Positions 60,458 through 64,000 of a stretch of DNA of 64,000 bases are shown one piece after another. The stretch comes from Alphaproteobacteria bacterium. GTDB taxonomy: Bacteria > Pseudomonadota > Alphaproteobacteria > MPNO01. The position numbers and the translations under genes are program-made. The notes under the pieces are model-generated. The model had not been told where the DNA came from, did no database searches, and saw nothing but the letters and a program-made list of their open reading frames with translations. The stretch is taken from assembly GCA_963422565.1 (NCBI GenBank), contig OY730228.1, positions 2,889,492 to 2,953,491 of the forward strand, in the 5' to 3' direction. How positions within the stretch are numbered: position 1 is the stretch's first letter; each line of letters begins with the position of its first letter.

Positions 60458-61489
60458 TCAATGCCGGCGCGGGAGCTTCATATAGTCGTAACGGTCGCCC
60501 GCCTCGACCCGCAGCGAAAGCACATCGTCGTCGCGCAGCAGAGTGAAGCGCAGCTTGGCGCCCGGCGGGCCGGCTGCCCATAATGTCCTGTAGTAATGGC
60601 CCAGCCCGCTCACGGCGACGCCTTCGAGCGACAGCAGGACATCGCCCGGCTGGAGCCCGGCCTGATCGGCGGGCGCGTTGGGGGCGACCCCGGTGACGAT
60701 CAGCCGCCGTTCGGACTCGCCGACATACATCCCGAGCCATGGGCGCGGCGGCCGGGCCGCCCGCCCGGTCCGGATCATCGCCGGCCCGATCGGCTCCAGC
60801 AGATCGATCGGGACGAACATGTTGCCGGGCGCCGGCGCGTCGCCTTCGATGGCGTGCTCGATATAGAGCGAGCCGATCCCGACCAGCTCGCCCCTGCGAT
60901 CGATCAGCGCCGCCCCGCCCCAATAGGGATGCATCGGCGCCGTGTAGACCGCCCGATCGAGCATGTACTCCCAGGAGCCGGCGAATTCGTGGATCGAGAC
61001 GACATTGGCGGCGATCGCATGATCCTCGCCGCCGCAGGAGGCGACGATGACGGGATCGGATTCGGCGAGCCGCGCCGAACGGCCGATCGGCACGGGCGCG
61101 ACCCCGAGCGGCGCGCGCGCCCGCACCATGCCGAAACCGGTCTCGTGATCGTAGGCAACGGGGTCGGCCTCGACCTTCCTGCCGTCGCGGCCGAGGAGGG
61201 TCACGGCGCTCGCCTCGCTCATCAGATAGCCGATCGTCAGCACGAGGCCGTCCGCATCGATCGCGACCCCGTTGCCCTCGCGTTCGGTGCCGAGGATAGA
61301 GGCGGTGAAGGCCGTTCGCGGCACCTCGGCATGGAGCCGGAAGACGGCGTCCAGCACGCGGTCGAGATCGTAGCCGATGGCCGCGCGGTCGGGCCGCGGC
61401 GCGCGCAGCAGGGCGGGGTGGACGCCACCCGGCACCCCCTGCGGCCGATACCCGTTGGCGTGCTCGATTCCCGCCATTGACCCCGCCAT
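60458..61489 (-). CDS. trypsin-like serine protease with C-terminal PDZ domain (S1C/DegP-like)
   Basis: The likely start is the internal ATG at 61489 (MAGSMAGIEHANGYRP...). The sequence has GTEREGNGVAIDADGLVLTIGY...GGAALIDRRGELVGI and a PDZ-like C-terminus, GLQPGDVLLSLEGVAV. Confidence 0.75.
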   Translation of the reverse strand: MAGSMAGIEHANGYRPQGVPGGVHPALLRAPRPDRAAIGYDLDRVLDAVFRLHAEVPRTAFTASILGTEREGNGVAIDADGLVLTIGYLMSEASAVTLLGRDGRKVEADPVAYDHETGFGMVRARAPLGVAPVPIGRSARLAESDPVIVASCGGEDHAIAANVVSIHEFAGSWEYMLDRAVYTAPMHPYWGGAALIDRRGELVGIGSLYIEHAIEGDAPAPGNMFVPIDLLEPIGPAMIRTGRAARPPRPWLGMYVGESERRLIVTGVAPNAPADQAGLQPGDVLLSLEGVAVSGLGHYYRTLWAAGPPGAKLRFTLLRDDDVLSLRVEAGDRYDYMKLPRRH

Positions 61490-61696
61490 CCCGCCGGCGC
61501 CATGGGCCAGCCTCGGCAGGCTAGCGGATGGCGGCCATCCGGACAAACCGGCGTCCGCTTTCGTGCCCCGGCCCATGGGTGCGACCATACGCTTCGCCGG
61601 GCGTCATCTGTCTCGGCCCCGGGGCGTCCGAATTGCCCTCGCCCGCTTTCCCTACAAAAGCCGTCAACCAGATGCCGTTGCCGGATATGCGAATGT

Positions 61697-62347
61697 TCAC
61701 TGCGAGAGACCGCTGACGAAACCGCAAAGTTTCTCGAATGCCGGAGACATAAAATTCCAGATGTTCTGCTGCGCGGCTTCCCCGACTCGTGCCATCGGAT
61801 CCGGCATCGCGGCGAGATAGGCATGCGCGAAACTCTTGTCCATATTGGCCGACATTATCGCGCCTTCTGCTGTGAGGCATTCCATATACTTCTCAACGCA
61901 TCGAGCGATAACTGTCCCCTCGAAAGACTGTCGGCACAGGGTTTCCAGACTGCCGAACTCATCGCGATCCGGCACGATGAACACGCCAACGGAGGGAACC
62001 GAACCCGAGAATAGTCCGGGGAAGTCGAGCGGTTCGTATCCAGACTGCAAGAGATGGCTTCTGATGCTTTGAAATGCACCGTCCGGGTTGTTGTCGGCGT
62101 CTCGGACGACACCGATGGATTGGAGCGTGGGCCGTGTTCGTACTGCGGCGCGTATCGCTTTCAGTCTTCCGGGAAACCGGTCTTTTCCCCCGGCATCGAT
62201 CACCTGAATATCCGACACGCCGCCAAGGCAATACCGGATCAGGGCACGGAACAGATTGACCTCGTCCCGCCCCTCGACGAGCAAGAGTCGGTCGGAATCG
62301 ATGCTCAGCTTCTCCTTCCGGCCTTCCTCCGGATTCTCTTGCGGCAT
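61697..62347 (-). CDS. DUF4435/TOPRIM-like protein (AbiLii/AriB-like putative nuclease partner of an ABC-type ATPase)
   Basis: The ATG at 62347 overlaps the upstream ATPase stop. The protein reads MPQENPEEGRKEKLSIDSDRLLLVEGRDEVNLFRALI...SIGVVRDADNNPDGAFQSI, with a conserved Glu and a DxD as in TOPRIM/OLD-type domains. GC is lower than the flanks. Confidence 0.6.
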   Translation of the reverse strand: MPQENPEEGRKEKLSIDSDRLLLVEGRDEVNLFRALIRYCLGGVSDIQVIDAGGKDRFPGRLKAIRAAVRTRPTLQSIGVVRDADNNPDGAFQSIRSHLLQSGYEPLDFPGLFSGSVPSVGVFIVPDRDEFGSLETLCRQSFEGTVIARCVEKYMECLTAEGAIMSANMDKSFAHAYLAAMPDPMARVGEAAQQNIWNFMSPAFEKLCGFVSGLSQ

Positions 62348-63399
62348 TCATCTGACCTCGAGGTCAAGTTCGCGGGCTCCCGCCAGCGCCTCTCCAGTGA
62401 ATGTCGCGGCTTCCGTTCGTCCCGTATTTTCGTTACGGAAAAGCTTGTGGATGGCGAGATCCGCGGGGGCGTCGGCGAAGGCGTCTATCGCCGCGTCGAT
62501 GAATTCGCCGCTATGGGTCGTTGCGATGAATTGCACGTTCCATTGCTTCATCCACTGGCGCACCTTGCTCCATATGTCGCGTTGCGCGGAACAATGGATA
62601 CCGTTTTCCAGCTCGTCCACCAGCAGAACGGATTCTCGACAGGCCGAGAAACTGAGCAGCAATCGCACCAGTCTCACGGCACCGCCTCCGAGATCGTGAA
62701 GCGGCCTGGGCTTTCCGCCCGCCACTGTGACCGAGAGATAGGACTCCCCGCTACCGTCGGTCAGAATCTCCACATCGTCGCTTCCATCGACGACCAGGTT
62801 GAGGGCCTTCACCAGCTCCTTCTTGCGACCGTCTCTGACCAGGCTCGAATATCTCTGAAAATATTCGTCGGGGGTCTCCTGCTAAAATCTCGTGCTTTCT
62901 ATGATGCAGTTCCGATGTTCAGATGGCGGTTTTTGATATGGGAGGAGCACCGTCCCCGAGGGTGTAACCTGGATCGCATTTACCTCGTCTCCTACGGGTT
63001 TCCGTCGAGATAGGTGCGGATTAATCCCATCACCGGAGATAGTTTCTCTGTATTTCCTTGCAGAGATCGGACGATAGCTCCTTCGGAGGAAACATCGTTG
63101 ATCTTCTCGAAAATGAATCCGACCTCCTGTTTCGTTCCACATTCTTTTCCGCGAAGGGTCAACGCGCCGCCCGTCAGCCGGGATATTGGATCCAGGGGCG
63201 GAACGCGGGAGCGCTGCACGTTCGCGTTCCACAACAGACTTGGATTGTATCGCCCGACGAACAGCCACATCGCCTCGATCAGAGCCGTCTTGCCGACGCC
63301 GTTCGCGCCGGTGATCAGATTGGCCCTCGTCAGAAGGGGAAGATCGAGGCCGTCGATGCCGCGGTAGCGAACGGCCGTGAATCTCTCTAGTCGAACCAT
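62348..63399 (-). pseudogene. ABC-type ATPase (AAA_21/AAA_15-like, AbiLi/AriA/OLD-ATPase-like), disrupted by a frameshift near 62993-62999 and an in-frame TAG at 62882-62884
   Basis: The N-terminal frame gives MVRLERFTAVRYRGIDGLDLPLLTRANLITGANGVGKTALIEAMWLF (Walker A) and stops at 62992. The +1 frame continues ...PVGDEVNAIQVTPSGTVLLPYQKPPSEHRNCIIESTRF and then hits TAG. The same frame reads on as QETPDEYFQRYSSLVRDGRKKELVKALNLVVDG...LLVDELENGIHCSAQ (Walker B / D-loop)...FIATTHSGEF (H-loop) to 62348. Confidence 0.65.
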
Positions 63400-63516
63400 C
63401 GCGTTTCTCTGTCGAGCGGATCCGCAGGACAGTCCGGGCCGACCGCCGCGCTCTCCGCATCTGCCGGACCGGTGCGAGAACCGATGCCCTGCGGAGGCGC
63501 GGACCGCCGCCGCCGT

Positions 63517-64000
63517 TCAGGCGATCGCCGCAGCCCCGGTCTCCTCGATGCGCACCGGGTGATCGTAGCGATCAACCATCTCGTGGGGAACGACCTGCCA
63601 GAAGCGCGGGAACTCGCGCTTCCAGTCGATCAGCAGTCGTTCGGCGAAGCGCGACCGGGTCTCCCGGACATGTTCCTCGATCAGCGATCTCAGCGCGTCC
63701 TCCCAATGGGAAAGCCGGATCCGCTGGTAGAAGACGGTGTCCTCGTTGACGCGGGCGCCGAAGGTCCCGTCCGAGTCGTAGACGAAGGCCATGCCGCCGG
63801 TCATGCCGGCGGCGAAATTGTCCCCGACCGCGCCGAGGATGACCGCGGTCCCGTTGGTCATGTATTCGCAGCCGTTGGAGCCGCAGCCCTCGATCACCGC
63901 GACGGCGCCGGAGTTGCGCACCGCGAAACGCTCCCCGGCCTGGCCCGCGGCGAACAGGCGGCCCGCCGTGGCGCCGTAGAGCACGGTGTTGCCGATGATC
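63517..64000 (-). CDS. gltB: glutamate synthase large subunit, C-terminal GXGXG domain; 5' part lies beyond the window
   Basis: The sequence has LYGATAGRLFAAGQAGERFAVRNSGAVAVIEGCGSNGCEYMTNGTAVILGAVGDNFAAGMTGGMAFVYDSDGTF...LIEEHVRETRS, the canonical GltB C-terminal domain. The frame is open to the window edge. Confidence 0.9.
   Translation of the reverse strand, partial: IIGNTVLYGATAGRLFAAGQAGERFAVRNSGAVAVIEGCGSNGCEYMTNGTAVILGAVGDNFAAGMTGGMAFVYDSDGTFGARVNEDTVFYQRIRLSHWEDALRSLIEEHVRETRSRFAERLLIDWKREFPRFWQVVPHEMVDRYDHPVRIEETGAAAIA

Overview
This 64 kb window is high-GC and looks like an alphaproteobacterial chromosome (Rhizobiales-like). Most of it is housekeeping and catabolic genes. I found no rRNA, tRNA or CRISPR.

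Core genes I could recognise:
- Nitrogen and amino acids: glnB-glnA, hisG-hisD with a DUF2948 gene, murA, and the 3' end of gltB.
- Fatty-acid and CoA metabolism: a glutaryl-CoA dehydrogenase, a second acyl-CoA dehydrogenase, a family III CoA-transferase and an enoyl-CoA hydratase.
- Transport and proteolysis: a dctPQM TRAP transporter and clpS-clpA.
- A conserved mutY / DUF721 / dsbA-like / smc block.
- A conserved NDUFA12-like / MlaD / methyltransferase / DUF2155 block.
- Others: accC followed by aat, rnhB next to a PA0069-type radical-SAM gene, a NifS-type cysteine desulfurase with a [2Fe-2S] ferredoxin, and anmK divergent from tyrS.

Four compositionally atypical accessory patches stand out:
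- 38.8-39.8 kb: a roughly 40-50% GC block with two Shine-Dalgarno-preceded small ORFs. It sits next to an IS1182-family transposase relic, and a perfect 15-bp hairpin lies just upstream.
- 54.7-55.9 kb: a graveyard of IS5-family and IS630-family transposase fragments that encloses a small membrane-protein ORF.
- 56.2-56.9 kb: a vapBC toxin-antitoxin pair.
- 61.7-63.4 kb: a lower-GC two-gene module made of an ABC-type (AAA_21-like) ATPase and a DUF4435/TOPRIM-like protein, wedged between a serine protease gene and gltB. It resembles the AbiL or PARIS anti-phage systems. The ATPase is disrupted by a frameshift and an in-frame TAG.

Five genes are interrupted by single-base frameshifts: DUF2155, a DUF4143 AAA ATPase, vapC, anmK and the defence ATPase. 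Every one is a 1-nt deletion at a short homopolymer. That points to homopolymer sequencing errors rather than real pseudogenes.

Two catabolic clusters look uncharacterised:
- A methyltransferase-like gene, a MetF-like gene, an amidohydrolase and a DadA-like oxidase.
- A fused LigB/LigA extradiol dioxygenase, an NAD(P)H quinone reductase and an ACMSD-family decarboxylase.
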